64,000 nucleotides of DNA from a virus (IMGVR_UViG_2061766007_000017:1312-65311); one strand, 5' to 3'. Counted from the stretch's first letter, positions 44,201-49,677 are shown. A program made the numbers and translations. Notes: generated by a model from the letters alone, not told the origin.

Positions 44201-47073
44201 CCGGTCTTTTTGTTGGTGCGCATCGGGAGCGGATTCCCGCGGAAGTCACGGGGAGTATCGTCGGCGGGAACCGGCTCGGTCTGCTCGGCAACATCAACGG
44301 CAGGTGTCTGCTCGGACATGCCGATAATGGAGTTCAACTGGTCTTCCGTGAAGAAGTCAAGAACCGTATGCCCGTTCTCATTGTAGTCCACCTGATAACG
44401 AAGGCCAGTCGATGTCTCAAACGGAGTATGCACCATGATGAGTTCCATGTCGCCTTCACGACCAAGGGCGGGGGCGATGTTCCGTCCGATCATGGACCTT
44501 GCCTTGTCGCGTAGATTGTTACGCCGTTCGATTTCCTCCGCGTCAGCGGCCTCCTGCTGCTCCTGCGTTGGCGGAGTTAGCGGAAGGTCGAGGATATTGG
44601 CCATTTCCTGTTTAGTGTACTGGTGCACGGAACCGTCAGAACCCTGTACGATGAATAGACCGCCATCGTATTGCAGAATCGTTCCCTCGACGGGGTTTTC
44701 AACCGTGCCGATGTTCACTACTGTCTGCGGTTGGGCGCGGCGCATCAGTTCCGTCTCGTTCTGCAATTGCTCCAACTCCACGCGCTGCTGGTCGTCTGCC
44801 TTCTTCTTGATGTCCGTCTGCTTGTCCAGGTAATCGAACAACTCCTGTTCGCCATTGTCGGTAAGAGAGCCGTCTGCTATACCGACCGCAAGTTCCTCCG
44901 TGGAAAGAAAGGTCTTGTTCCCCTGCCTGTCCACAAGGGCCAACCCGTTTTCGTCCCGCGCTGTGACAAAACGCTCGTTGCCGTCAGCGTCCGTGATGAT
45001 GCGTACATAACTCACGCCGTTCTTCGCTGCATGATGCCAGTTCGCGTTCCCCATCTGGGTGTTCAGTTCCGTCAGCCGGCGACCGCGGTCGATGTCCTTC
45101 TGCTCCTCGAAGATGCCTGTCATGACCTTGTACTGGGAATCGGCCTGAACATAGTCCATGACGGCTTTGTATGCCGTGGCAGCATCGCCACCGTTCTCGA
45201 CGATCTGCTGATAGACATCGGCAAGGTGGTGTGCCAGTTCCTCCGGAGTCTTGAACGAATCCGTATTGAGAAGGGCTTTCTTTGCCTCAGTGCTCAACTT
45301 GTCCATGCTGATAACTTCAAGCGCTTTCTCCAAGGAAGTCCCGGCTTTTTTGAGAGAACGGGATGCGGCGGTATATTGCGCGAGCGTCAATGGCAGTCCA
45401 AGGAAGGACATGGGGGCAAACGCACCGGCGGTGATAAGTTGCTGGTCAATGGTCGCAAAGTCTTTCAGGGCGTTCTTATCCACGCCTGTCATGACGCGAA
45501 GGGCGTTGCCCGTCCATTCCTCAACCATTTCCTCGATAAAGCCGTGATAGCCGGCCTGTCTCAAAGCAGATGCGACCGCGGAGTTCCGCATGGCCTTCGC
45601 CCAGTCTGGGAACTTGACACGGGAAAGAGGAATACCTGCCAGTTCCATTGGGACGCTGCCGACGGTCTCGGATATGTTCTCGATGACAACATCTCCGATT
45701 GCGCGAGCCACGGCTTTGCCAGACAAATCCACACCGCCCGCATCGTTGAACTGGAGTATGTTGTTCATGAGGTTGTTATAGGTGGACGGCATCAGCGGAG
45801 TCATGGCAAGGGCCTTTACCGTACCATACAGGGTTTCCGCTCCTATCTTGGCAATTTCGTTCCGACCAGCAGACTTGACAAGGTTTCCGGCGACCGCTTC
45901 AGCCGCCTTCTCGCCTGCACCTCCGACCATCATGAAGTCCAGCATGAATCCGAGCGACTGCACGGCACTCTGGCCGGACTGATATGAACGCGATATTGTA
46001 TCTCCACGACCGCCCTCCACCTCGGCCTTCTTCACGAAAGCCTTGACGAGTTCCTTTTCGCCAGCGTTGAGATAACCGATGTCGTTGAACTTGTCGTCCT
46101 TTACCAGGTCGAGGATGCTTACATCTTTCCCTTCCGCGTTCTGAATCTTCTTGATTGCATCTACAAGGTGCATGTTAAGGCCGGCACGAACGAGTTGAGC
46201 CTCAGACAAGGCTTCTGGCGCTCCGTCCTTGATACCACGCCAAAAGTCGCTCCACGCGCCTTTGTCGTCACCGCCATACCTGGACGGTGCAGTGGCCGCT
46301 TTCTTCGCGTCATTCAGCATAAGACGGGCAGCGGAAAGGCTTTCCATCGAACTGTTGTATTCGGGATCGGATTCCAACATTTTGACCGCCGCAAGTCCCA
46401 TTCCTTGTGGGCCAGTAATGGCAAGACGGTTGGCCGTCTCATAATTCCGTGCCGCCTCCTTGTTATCCTTTCGCAGGTCTGACTGCATCTTGTCGATGCG
46501 TGCGTAGTCCTCGTCAATGCCGTTGTTCACGCTCGCCCAGTACCGCTTCCATGCAGGGTTTTCCTCCCTCATGCGATAGAGTTGGTCGAGTTCCTTGTTG
46601 ATTTCCGCACGACGGGCAAGGCCGGCCTTCTCCTTCGTAACGCGGCCAGCCTCGACAACAAGGTCTTCGTCGGCCATGTTGCGGAGATCCGCTGCGTTGG
46701 TTTCGGCAGGAAGTCCTTCCAACTCTGCTTTCAGTTCGGACTCCCTGTCATAGATTTCGCCCAGTTTGTCTCCATAATAGTCCACTTGACGGATACGAGA
46801 CACCTGCACATCGGGATATGCCGCATAAATCTTGTCCTGCTTCGCGGCAAAGTCCTTTGCACTTATCTGTGTCGGTTCAGTCGTGCCAGGGATGTTGATG
46901 AAGAAGTCGGAATCCCCGATTTCCTCACCAGCCTTGTAGTCCTGCATCTCCACGACATTCGCCTCTGGATAGGCTTCGTGCAGTTTGTCTTTCTTCGCAT
47001 CATAATCGCCCTGGGAAAGAACGGTCGGTTGAGTAGTCCCAGGGATATAGACATAGTATTTCTTTTCGGGCAT
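23245..47073 (-). CDS. Giant polyvalent DarB-like protein (7942 aa): ParB-like domain, zeta-toxin-like kinase, N6-adenine methyltransferase, SNF2-type helicase, zincin-like peptidase modules, LPD-type modules
   Basis: VLSGNDRT (~43500), GRPAGGKS (~39480), YTGWGG/EGSAGTG/NVPF (37100-36680), HEVGTGKT/DEAH/ATGTPISN/QRNGR (34720-33030), HEGVAH, HEIQH, HEGVGH. Confidence 0.85.
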   Translation of the reverse strand: MPEKKYYVYIPGTTQPTVLSQGDYDAKKDKLHEAYPEANVVEMQDYKAGEEIGDSDFFINIPGTTEPTQISAKDFAAKQDKIYAAYPDVQVSRIRQVDYYGDKLGEIYDRESELKAELEGLPAETNAADLRNMADEDLVVEAGRVTKEKAGLARRAEINKELDQLYRMREENPAWKRYWASVNNGIDEDYARIDKMQSDLRKDNKEAARNYETANRLAITGPQGMGLAAVKMLESDPEYNSSMESLSAARLMLNDAKKAATAPSRYGGDDKGAWSDFWRGIKDGAPEALSEAQLVRAGLNMHLVDAIKKIQNAEGKDVSILDLVKDDKFNDIGYLNAGEKELVKAFVKKAEVEGGRGDTISRSYQSGQSAVQSLGFMLDFMMVGGAGEKAAEAVAGNLVKSAGRNEIAKIGAETLYGTVKALAMTPLMPSTYNNLMNNILQFNDAGGVDLSGKAVARAIGDVVIENISETVGSVPMELAGIPLSRVKFPDWAKAMRNSAVASALRQAGYHGFIEEMVEEWTGNALRVMTGVDKNALKDFATIDQQLITAGAFAPMSFLGLPLTLAQYTAASRSLKKAGTSLEKALEVISMDKLSTEAKKALLNTDSFKTPEELAHHLADVYQQIVENGGDAATAYKAVMDYVQADSQYKVMTGIFEEQKDIDRGRRLTELNTQMGNANWHHAAKNGVSYVRIITDADGNERFVTARDENGLALVDRQGNKTFLSTEELAVGIADGSLTDNGEQELFDYLDKQTDIKKKADDQQRVELEQLQNETELMRRAQPQTVVNIGTVENPVEGTILQYDGGLFIVQGSDGSVHQYTKQEMANILDLPLTPPTQEQQEAADAEEIERRNNLRDKARSMIGRNIAPALGREGDMELIMVHTPFETSTGLRYQVDYNENGHTVLDFFTEDQLNSIIGMSEQTPAVDVAEQTEPVPADDTPRDFRGNPLPMRTNKKTGQQTVDQNALWNKDPEAWARWNDSNPSQRVTSKERIEYTLTELNKEIEKDTKAVQKAALKGIDEDEMDNMEAALGAKLDRRELLQSILNKYNLPAEAGQTVAGEQRKAAAEQVKQEQKAGFPGIQQRWNETPKIVGAPDEIRLPNGETVTGNYVLTEAFAPTPSHNPANGFSMTEGFPVDENGKTVNDRDYERDRAAQQSVLDKAAKYDQRALQTPVIVSADGVVLSGNDRTMASQIAAAQNTDGAYLEYLAKYSQKYGFTKEQVGQFQHPRVVFVPDTAMPYNAATFAKFNAEEKKSQSKTEKAVKAGKTLNAESLASLATLVDRYDDINALYNSKEGVNELLDILLSAEVISQEQVAALRDGDTLSGAGMDLLESTLIGAALDEEAVRVAMSDKSIRKSVVSAISQILVGNTLNDYILRTELTDAITLVANGKALGEIKFGESVQDYIRQQHLFMDDVVAEASVQLLADAINDRKTSFLKKVLSLYNRDAVESANGQMSLLTGDVLTREAILRNILEFLGYDTRIIYDTSERAAEQREPAEPAGPADRPVAAAETEQTPAPVQGGEGSQVNRAQYDREEVAVILEQGNVGEYNLTDYMTDEEVAEFVRRWESFLPFNDAVGEAYTRLDADLHSSDKKKKKAAQAEIDRLEMAQQEAHAPVQEYVDELIEKYGQLAEEEIDEVAEEELVDEEYQEDADVEEIPEDEDDEPEPTKGKKGKNGKGKGTKKEEKPYVVKGNASVLTVAKQTYTQDELEEFIYNGSFTEYQSKKTGEKIQTLSIGALSHGSFKNDSVTIWKWMPGAEHTDRREATVTTDYLLKYFKANKFKCLSKDKSRKNKHGYWINRHGVCMNPIRIELPSSKKGWANFSYAYFWQDDKDKWHAGGSTSYGTGGGSLGMDRTEHNTKSEAIKSVIEALKYEQQRHTEKNRQTKDRDNLLSTLQSKTLPQALLEEGVVNTVMRVDLSDAGIEGTQGDLFGGEVVEEPVAEAPAVKESPKKGSKVKKKTTKRKAQAGVDLFGGEVVEAPEESDEESEPRFTLEDEEGTPGNFHWIAERVCTNPQIITMPGADRTSSVPKVALAEKEGKWYESTYITADGGVGSSWGSVLPTFKASYIPYSSRKDAINHAIEFMRFILNDRAKKAAPYGETFTETKDLIDYIVKVELPKEDAKKEESAEDALGFVKNALDNFAQNGNYARVVHTLESYQDFFGEDVAQEIDTILSDLRKNGISKESKDEMVRRTAELYNRLVNPQAETESVEEQTEPAPAYGSQNTIITTDKYEELKKRMREKLGQLNAGFDPEVFFIGAQMAAYHVEAGARKFVDFAQRMIKDLGDAIRPYLKAIYNGARDLPGMEPFKGDMDSASAVDGIDVNSIGIEQPVTQPKEASQPEPVAPVQQVDVNSLFGAVNDLARGKRNEVRTSDFATPVSVEETTENSRKTPEVSVTLQESEVGVDASDYRTYMTAQAREFFANENPEFAKPELAFITEASEDNVVIPVTELEKLQEVIDAEKAIKDVGVRAKEETGSESLVLTDEEVQAYSDRLLADDNGSYAGKNDYSGPVAREKKAFIVIGRPAGGKSSVFADPLSKQHKARIIDSDIVKPWLRNYNGGVGANYVNAASAKVADEAIIKAAERGENIVIPKIGGASIINEIALPLRVAGYSVELCFNDVTEEASIMRAASRFARTGRYLSLQYLKSIGDKPNSTFRKFADKSIKESVYELSERQVQELRRRISRLSGMGGEHAGALRETGNGAGQGNVDEILQAALGERGTASQDERLFASAVWKSNVVNFGEPPITIWESASGEPIPGTEQENKESDKESLVKGMKDRLHAFTEPVQSVEASGQTLGELGKYTHTKTGQEMSIVRLTGDRLTKDEFKQLKSRAKELGGYYSSYGGAKGFLFENEEDAIKFNTINAPENAEQQTDVETAADTATIVSEAASIAVEAQSLAEAEGTGEQAAAEVVTRIDNALESIDDQLALLGYYKADQTEPFHESYGYMKSAEKKAVKDADKLAKRLAADLGLNVGRKQLAKANIAPAGGDVTFRLPLNEGRELYVDIHMEPDADDSLMIRGLAVGIQGLDIMYRVENPSATGAEKYGRNYYTSYNATYDEILRGVRNAARDYLPESQVQTGPVDVLQVAKEQAEKNRKSKKKTVSSQEEGDAALGGLFATLYDAEEPAPVDEVNTDAPAARVKPTEVNGYRIGEKVQYRPSQGDRSTQEATIYDFENDGRPVLDAGLAPVLYEVVEWEQISKIEEPVNDTDNDRSEQPQGVPAGTGSQGESAGQESVRPDRGGEGGREGDLHGRSRALRPRYDDSVKRNTRNNRVAKGEVVYPKTPAARFKANIAAIRLLKELQDSGKNATKEQMAVLRQYTGWGGLGGYFNNEYSAEHRELKSLLTDEEMEAAALSINTAYYTPVEVIDNMWEVAKRLGFQGGNILEGSAGTGAILASMPKNISERSAITAVELDNITGGILGLLYPDATVHVQGFQETDIPNGSIDLAITNVPFGDINVYDSKEKDITRKFGGKIHDFCIAKNIRKLAPGGLGIFISTRGTLDNSSKALRQWIVNEGEADVIGAFRLNNETFEGTGATSDIIVVRKRVNGKVSPNAIDVTDTQITRREDYVLDDREWNPKTRAYEYKTGKAAMELNTYFVEHPENMGGEMGFGFEHKDTYRPGSSALWPSEKIDQNKRLAKWAKQFSSMQVEEQAVTAPAETEVEESNATKEGQLVTNSKGEICISRSGKAIPLGVNAQKVKGYSKAQVLSDYNALKTAINEVLDYQLKNESDEGLKPLLSKLNRAYDTFAHRYSRLNRNTAISFLRNDVDFPAIAAVEDYKEKKTIDGKVKIDVKKTSIFSGRVLGAKRVPTPKDAKDGVIVSMNQFGRIDVPFIADALNKDEDTVRQEILDSGLGFENPLTGGIEVEYEYLSGNVREKLEYARQHNEEGKYDKNISALEKVVPADIPAHLIEFSLGSDWMPVELYTSYAKEKFDVNDNFKPFMLGGSWTISDNEWEMNVRTEKNRAAGVRSNVLNIDKRGHELMIAAMNNSSVVFSRSYKDPVTGQTITEHDKEATQAATAKMSEMRDDFKEWARAKMLDEPELAQRIGKVYNDTFNAIVPKEIKDTFLPAHFEGMATKLNNGKELHLREHQSKAVIRGTTEPLMLAHEVGTGKTFTLIATAMEMRRLGTAKKPMIVVQNATLGQFVSSAKELYPNAKVLTISEADRTVEGRTAFYAKIKYNDWDMIIVPQSVFEMIPDSEERQRAFIQEKIDEKMFILEQAKQANNASAERQLKKELEDLQYEYQYGEKPPKKGKAGKKDAKKEAEAKVNAAARAQKQLDRRTDDVSDFDDMGIDALLVDEAHSYKHLGFSTAMQRGVKGVDSTGSKKSAGVYLKTRAVFDKAGWKNVIFATGTPISNTAAEIWTFMKYLMPDDMMRQNHIYYFDDFVRNFGNIAQSLEFTTSGKFKENTRFASYTNLPELIRIWWSVCDTVRSEDAVAEGGEKLEDKQPKMENWTGADGREHVNQARDIYLPQSGSLVDIMNYVRQHLEEYEKMSGKEKKENSHIPLTMFGIAKMAAIDPRLVDSQAPDEPLSKTNRAVEETLKALKDSERYNGTCALFCDNFRRWDTDAAGRRTEGFNIFEEIKRKLMAAGVPEDQIVIMKSGMNTALKEKIFARVNSGEVRVIMGTTATLGTGVNIQERLFFEAHLDAPNRPMDYTQRNGRILRQGNLHRDWGIPVRVVRFGVEDSLDVTAYQRLSTKSKFINSVMDGKPLLANGMDNRVLEEAEEGEFDNPVAVLSGSQYALLKSQAERELRKLRNKKEQYRQDQIYIERTLKDNNNRIEYDKKLIDEAKANLAKVKSTFPDGSVKEITISGRKAKGAEQIGEAIKEKITGPLRELVERRRNDRGFTTEDKHYTMTFDGVSVDVKVGIDRTQEWNDKTYQYKPVMRTRVEYSCPSIGLVGHYIMGGMNGIKDIPQEFIATFASGKYFEQAVTNLENTISRLNADNDLMLQRRGKPFADEDKLQKQEEVVKDYTEKMKAEMAEKEKKYAEMANHGTPNEMAGLSQRLEGVVMDEDEDGEGETHNSEVNRNAPKLNMNDPTVVAQAVSSVNRLAKRLGLRVVFDSGLQSKGAYTEGTDFVRINLANCESVDDAVETLLHEGVAHFGLREMLGEQGMKDFIADVLEKAAPSIRAKIQDMAEENDWTLEYAAEEYIAGLAQKTDYTKAERGLWRRILEAVRNLISTITGRDTYITDDTIREMLVASYARLEEEAANTFENSLKRQIEGTLPAGYVHKLGLPGAILRSVGVPNMPINLAASRLAEKANNHDYTLDELSGLVDAINNPIAVFARGKGDDVARDLIVEIEHNGKNFVVGLYLNPVVGGQRLEINSIRTVYPKDTDEWVRWIKYGRAKYLDKERIKAIIAEQRMTFADVSSDDLNDIANIIDFFENPNTSGIYDEGVTHYRLRTKPAPKKTGIGYKVFYRGKDGKLYPPMVANPNGEATPVGVWLDADAAPVAGQSKTGRPQVKAGGKGTQGGSGTLAYRPGWHLGEIPYAIQFNRINPANGQKELFPRDFVWAEVEYAADNDYQKDAEAEGINANGKFQHSLAGLKRVPEDGFYRYRTNPNPETDPWIITGAMKVNRILSNDEVDEIVRAAGREPQLREGDVVRNRVAGVDGFISNAEAAVNAIQMEKATPQQWLKMIEGKGGLKAGEDKWIGLSDWLEASDRKTLTKQEVLEYINQNKIQIDDVAYTDADNIPMGGDNEWNQIVEQRYGRDVFSAFRFYPGDGGTSTEFVDEDVAADVYRRLQHDYDYDYQIVTPNEGQPYSRLDMYWMKQIAERIADYGDGQMRIKYGRTIHPTRITYTTDGLSNKREIALTVPTIEPWNQQDNIHFGDAGEGRAIAWARFGDAFVDEEVVVKPEDKAELERLNKKVKDAFDKADKEPSDENRDAFLAARDERDAFAGRTNARGGIRRRRVLFIDEIQSKRHQDAREKGYASEELKKLEKEYDEFVDEIAKKHGVEVETLDDVATSEEKQRAADYNNRISELRKQGGVPAAPFEKNWHELAMKRMLRLAAEEGYDYVAWTTGNQQSERYNIGGVVEEIGRMKDRNLNEKQFIVFLKGRDHSKYITTDDNGNVVSTTVADFNGKNLSEIVGKELSVKMLSMKEGDFIRGDNLRIGGQGMRGFYDEILPRFMNKYGKKWGVSTNDLLVGLNRGLFVEAHAVRVTPEMRESVMQGQMMFRFIGEKGADRADAVSPIERRMETVEVPRKGLAKLFGSKKFKTVETAVTRIDNLNIAKKMQADGIRPEDIKRATGWEVGRDGKWRYEESDVSINEDFLQHIQGKSLDELSSETYPLGQILKDGQAKDMLFTEYPELSEIKVSFYNDSWFDFFNLTRGYYNPVTKKLMLNPKGAGWLFTKKPDAKELSSTMLHEIQHVIQHIEGFAQGGNTSIVDKYGNIAELKSRQEQIAQRIEEILNSDDKYRELNERYERMKDEESDGYKEHQKRWNDAVAKFEAEDEEYQKRWNETEDRIAEVRKARLAKKMSDEDATKELQKQADIRWELLKNKPRYPSYEWFGGRIRKYTVEELEPVMREAEARKKEVIDNSEEIQSLKKEGKSLKEEISNEQYRLYQSISGEVEARNVQKRMDMTDEERRNTLAESTEDVERASQIILADETANGSMGDKRKAAMEIANRFGVDIEFRPSSQMRFNGKPLAGRWLNGKMSVCLEHCRDNDDVVRTVLHEGVGHNGLRRLIGNENMRDFCLDLFISLPKAVRAKIANDAVTKYGGNVVESVERFAANDVIREVGKEAMFESTEEWLAETSETIDYKNYRRNVWDIIRDALRRVLAKVGINVPLSIRDVKWLMVQSAMANHETDPTVEARRQVVANALGFTLKQQSEKYEAVQLSRNRIAEETLAPAARIYNKDVLYWFNRLHETWVDKDNAVHQLVNAIEKATGKAAKAFEDIRLALNQQSSKGLAAIEKFERECWAPMQEAIRSLMNEKGIDLHAVERYVMIKHGLERNEVFAKRDAREFYQDAHDKAVNAIENSDKIDDEMKKTLIGKEDAKLTKHFEAIDAGTDRKYLELREQDYGGLTAMYSEYDPIEPFMEGVESEEEYQARVLKARHPKYTYTDEAGREHVDMAATEEAAQQEVNEFENGHDAAVKELWKRINAATKSTLKHQYDANMMSREQYQAVSGMFKYYVPLRGFADNTAEDMYDYYQSDQRNDFTPPLLKAKGRSTEAESPFGYIGSMASSGIAADMKNETKLALYYFVSNRAENDLVTISEVWYKNTGVDEFGKRIFTPVYPPFKEDLSGEDAKRAYEEWEKQMQEEAKAGFAFKGGKKLNLKGSVIHIDESQKTSHVIKFKVGGRDMMMYINGNPRAAQAINNELNVEMSADYQKVFGKVLRWFSGINTSYNPEFWLSNAQRDILFALMSVNVKEDPEYNEAFRKNLGQLVKATLTPGKKGGAYSLKKKLDSGELGDERLDRLYKEFVENGGVTGYTTLKNNEEWELELRKFTGDQKKAMQAVKTVFEKVQHFGEAIEQMTRFSAYITAREQGKEIKDAVNDAKELTVNFNRKGSGKAISFKEAGRLRTKDGKKLTALQKAFVVGASWIPVYGRRFIMFFNASTQGLNAMFKLYKKDGKRMALWTAGFFALGVIQAAIHAMLDDDDDYLDIPDYERRNNLLIGGNGVYFKWAIPQEARVFYAIGDMVVNHALGREPHKASVGGWAGEIASVLSDIAPLNPSGGLAALAPSALTPVVEVAMNRDYKGAKIFNDLRYLSDEERKRTPAYQRAFQGTGRVYVLLSQFANWMTGGDYADAGWINPVNNPAAWEHILQGATGGAGTTIGKFYRGTFGQILGEDFSVRNTPFLSRLVTVTDDRYRNAHTTELFDYYKAEAEHTKKMINTYRKNGDEKKLDRIYESEDYEIMNIYDSYKSQFQYYNDELKATTDKKDRKALMREQDAVRKEMILEISNIGKND

Positions 47074-47085
47074 GGCCTGTTCGGA

Positions 47086-48327
47086 TTATAGGCTGTTGAT
47101 TAAGTCCTGCGTAGATTTCTTATTGCCGGTCGCGTAACCGGGCGTGTTCGTATCGGGTGACGCGGTTTCTGGTCTTTCCACATAGTTTTCGGGCCGTGTT
47201 CCGTACTGGCTCAAAACGGAACGACGCTCCGGGACCTGCGTAGCAAAGTCGTAGATGATGCTCTTTCGCTCGATGTCGGTCGCTGCCCTCCGGTACGCCT
47301 TCTGGAAGTCCTCGTTGTCCTTGACCGATGCGTAGGACTGTTCCACGAACTTGTCATATTCCGTGGCCGTCATATAGACCGGCGTTAGTTGTCCGTTCGC
47401 ATCGTAATAGAACAGGGTATTCCGGCTTGCACCACTTCCCCCACCAGAGCCAGCACGGAGAGCCGCCTGCGTGACAGGAGAGTTCGGATCGATTTCGTAC
47501 TCTCCCTTGTCGTTCTTCCGCAGTCCGTATCGTGCCGCGGTGATTGCCGCGTTCTCCCGTCTTGCCGCGGCACTTTCGCGCCGAGCCGCGGCCTGTTCTT
47601 CGAGTTGGCGTTCGTGAAGGTCCACATTGATTCCCGTAACGACCCCCTGCGTCCTGGCGGCACCGGCCTCCTTCGCGGTCTGCATCTTGACATTCATGGG
47701 AGCCGTAGCGGTCTGGTAGCCGACCTGTGCGGACTGCGCACCATGCTGATAGGCTTGGTCGGCCTGTCTGGTTGCCATGTTCAGCGCGGTTCCGGCATCC
47801 CCCATGCGTAGTTGAATAAGTTGCTGCTGAAGGGCGCGCTGACGGTCGCGGAGATTGTCGAACCTCGCCCGGTTCTGCTTCCAGTTCTCGTCGGCCTTTT
47901 TCATCCAGTCCTGCGAATAGGAGTGATACTGCTGGCTGACCGCATTATGACCGCCCACGGCAATCATGTTCGCTATGGATGCGGCCAGTTCGGTCGCACC
48001 AGTCCAACGGGCGGCATTCTGCTCGTTGTTGTATTGCTCGATTGCTTCCTGCTGGGCTTGGTCGGCTCTGGCCTTCTCCCCTGCGATGATGTCGGCGAAC
48101 TGGGTGTAACCCTCGTCCATCCGCTGCTTGTATATCTGCTGGGCCTGGTTGTAGGCTTCAGTCCTGGCTTGGTTGGCCGCGTCGAGGCTCTGCTGGTACT
48201 GCTGGCCTGCAGTAGTGAGGCCGGTCACAACTTCCTGCCCGGTCTGCTCCAGTTGTTGTGCCTGCTGCTCGTATGCCTCCTGCGCCTGTTGCGCTCTTGT
48301 TTTCTTCTTGTCCGGCATGGCTGTCAA
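47086..48327 (-). CDS. Putative internal virion (ejection) protein
   Basis: 413 aa, Q/A-rich helical, weakly hydrophobic patch; between the small ejection gene and the giant protein. Confidence 0.6.
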   Translation of the reverse strand: MTAMPDKKKTRAQQAQEAYEQQAQQLEQTGQEVVTGLTTAGQQYQQSLDAANQARTEAYNQAQQIYKQRMDEGYTQFADIIAGEKARADQAQQEAIEQYNNEQNAARWTGATELAASIANMIAVGGHNAVSQQYHSYSQDWMKKADENWKQNRARFDNLRDRQRALQQQLIQLRMGDAGTALNMATRQADQAYQHGAQSAQVGYQTATAPMNVKMQTAKEAGAARTQGVVTGINVDLHERQLEEQAAARRESAAARRENAAITAARYGLRKNDKGEYEIDPNSPVTQAALRAGSGGGSGASRNTLFYYDANGQLTPVYMTATEYDKFVEQSYASVKDNEDFQKAYRRAATDIERKSIIYDFATQVPERRSVLSQYGTRPENYVERPETASPDTNTPGYATGNKKSTQDLINSL

Positions 48328-48860
48328 GCGTCAGTTTTCTCTATTTCGTTCTTTTTCTTTGTAAGGCCGACATCCTGCCCGACGAGATTGATTCCTGCAT
48401 TGACGGCCTGACTTGCGGCCTGTGCGGTCTGCGCGGCTTGTTGCTGGTAAGATGCGGCCTGTTGCTGATTGAGAGCCGCATCCTGGGCGCGGTACTGCTG
48501 CTCAATCCTGTCCTTGTAACTGGAAGCCTGGGACGCGATGTCGGTCATGGTGTCCGACAGGGACTTGTTCGCGGCCTGTTGCTGGGCGACAAGTGCCCCA
48601 TCCGTGCCTCCTGCAACCACATTGGTCGCGCGGGCGCGGTCGTACTGCTCTTTCAGGAGTTCACGCTGACGGGTGATTGCCGCCTGTACATCTGAACGCT
48701 GGGTATAGTCCCTTGCCATCTGGATCTCATACCAACGGCGGTTATCATTCCGCTGCTGGTCTATGAGTTGTCTTGCCCTGTTATTGGCGACGGATGACTT
48801 GACTCCCCCGTAGATTGCAGAGCCGAGAGCAGCGGCTGCGCCTATCAATGCTGTTACCAT
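48324..48860 (-). CDS. Putative ejection protein (P22 gp7-like)
   Basis: N-terminal ALIGAAAALGSAIYGG followed by Q/A-rich coil. Confidence 0.65.
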   Translation of the reverse strand: MVTALIGAAAALGSAIYGGVKSSVANNRARQLIDQQRNDNRRWYEIQMARDYTQRSDVQAAITRQRELLKEQYDRARATNVVAGGTDGALVAQQQAANKSLSDTMTDIASQASSYKDRIEQQYRAQDAALNQQQAASYQQQAAQTAQAASQAVNAGINLVGQDVGLTKKKNEIEKTDA

Positions 48861-48884
48861 AGTGCACTTTCATTAACGATTGCA

Positions 48885-48929
48885 CGAATTAACGAAAAGC
48901 ACCGCTCGCTCTTGGTCTATCTTTCCCAA
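48885..48929 (-). promoter_or_regulatory. Putative late promoter 4 (16-mer-N21-TTAATTCG) for the ejection/giant/tail-tube operon
   Basis: Identical 16-mer at 48914-48929. Confidence 0.7.
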
Positions 48930-48972
48930 CAAAGCCACTACTCTCCACTACTTTAGTGGGGGTGTGACAAAT

Positions 48973-48999
48973 AACACCCCGAATTGCAGTCGGGGTGTT
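48973..48999. terminator. Bidirectional-looking intrinsic terminator after rusA
   Basis: AACACCCCGA/TCGGGGTGTT 10-bp stem with T runs on both strands. Confidence 0.7.
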
Positions 49000-49006
49000 T
49001 TCTTCG

Positions 49007-49372
49007 TCAGACTTCGACAAGACGGAATTCAATGTGAGGATTCGCCTTGTCAATGAACTTCTCCGCGACAATCTTCACGCACTTGTTGTCGTTCTTGATT
49101 GTACGGGTGTATTGCAGGCAGTCCAGGATGATTTTGAGGGCATTGTCAAGGTCGTGGCTCATCGACGCGAAATAGATGCGCAGATGAAACTCAAAATAGC
49201 CCTGTATCATCATGTTCCGATACGGACCTACCTGCATGTAGAAAGTGTTCTCGTAAGCCTTAAGACCAGGCGTTTTCGCAAGACTACCGTGACCGGCAAT
49301 CGTGACTATCTTATAGGAATTTGATTTGGAAGGAGCCTGTCCTACGATTGTCTGCCAGGGATGCTCTGTCAT
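49007..49372 (-). CDS. rusA: RusA-like Holliday junction resolvase
   Basis: DLDNALKIILDCLQ...IKNDNKCV motif. Confidence 0.8.
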   Translation of the reverse strand: MTEHPWQTIVGQAPSKSNSYKIVTIAGHGSLAKTPGLKAYENTFYMQVGPYRNMMIQGYFEFHLRIYFASMSHDLDNALKIILDCLQYTRTIKNDNKCVKIVAEKFIDKANPHIEFRLVEV

Positions 49373-49677
49373 TTGCGCGTCTTTTCTTCCGATAGTTCGT
49401 CCAACTCGTCCTTAAAGGTCTTGACAGGCACCTCACCCTTGTATTCCACGGATGCCATCTTCGGGGATATGTACGGAAGGAGTTGGAGCATGATGGAGCA
49501 TTTCTTCTCAGGATCGTCTATGCTGTCGTAGTTGTGAAGGAATTCCTCCCATTTGCTCTCCACGAACTTCGAGATAAGTTCACGCACCTCTTTGGTGGAC
49601 TTGTTAGGCGTTCCCTTTACCCGTCCACCCTGCCGCCCCTTTCCGTCGGCCTTCTCCCTTTTGTTCCCACCGGCCAT
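49369..49677 (-). CDS. Terminase small subunit-like protein
   Basis: Likely start ATG 49677 (MAGGNK); GGRVKGTPNK motif followed by helices. Confidence 0.5.
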   Translation of the reverse strand: MAGGNKREKADGKGRQGGRVKGTPNKSTKEVRELISKFVESKWEEFLHNYDSIDDPEKKCSIMLQLLPYISPKMASVEYKGEVPVKTFKDELDELSEEKTRK

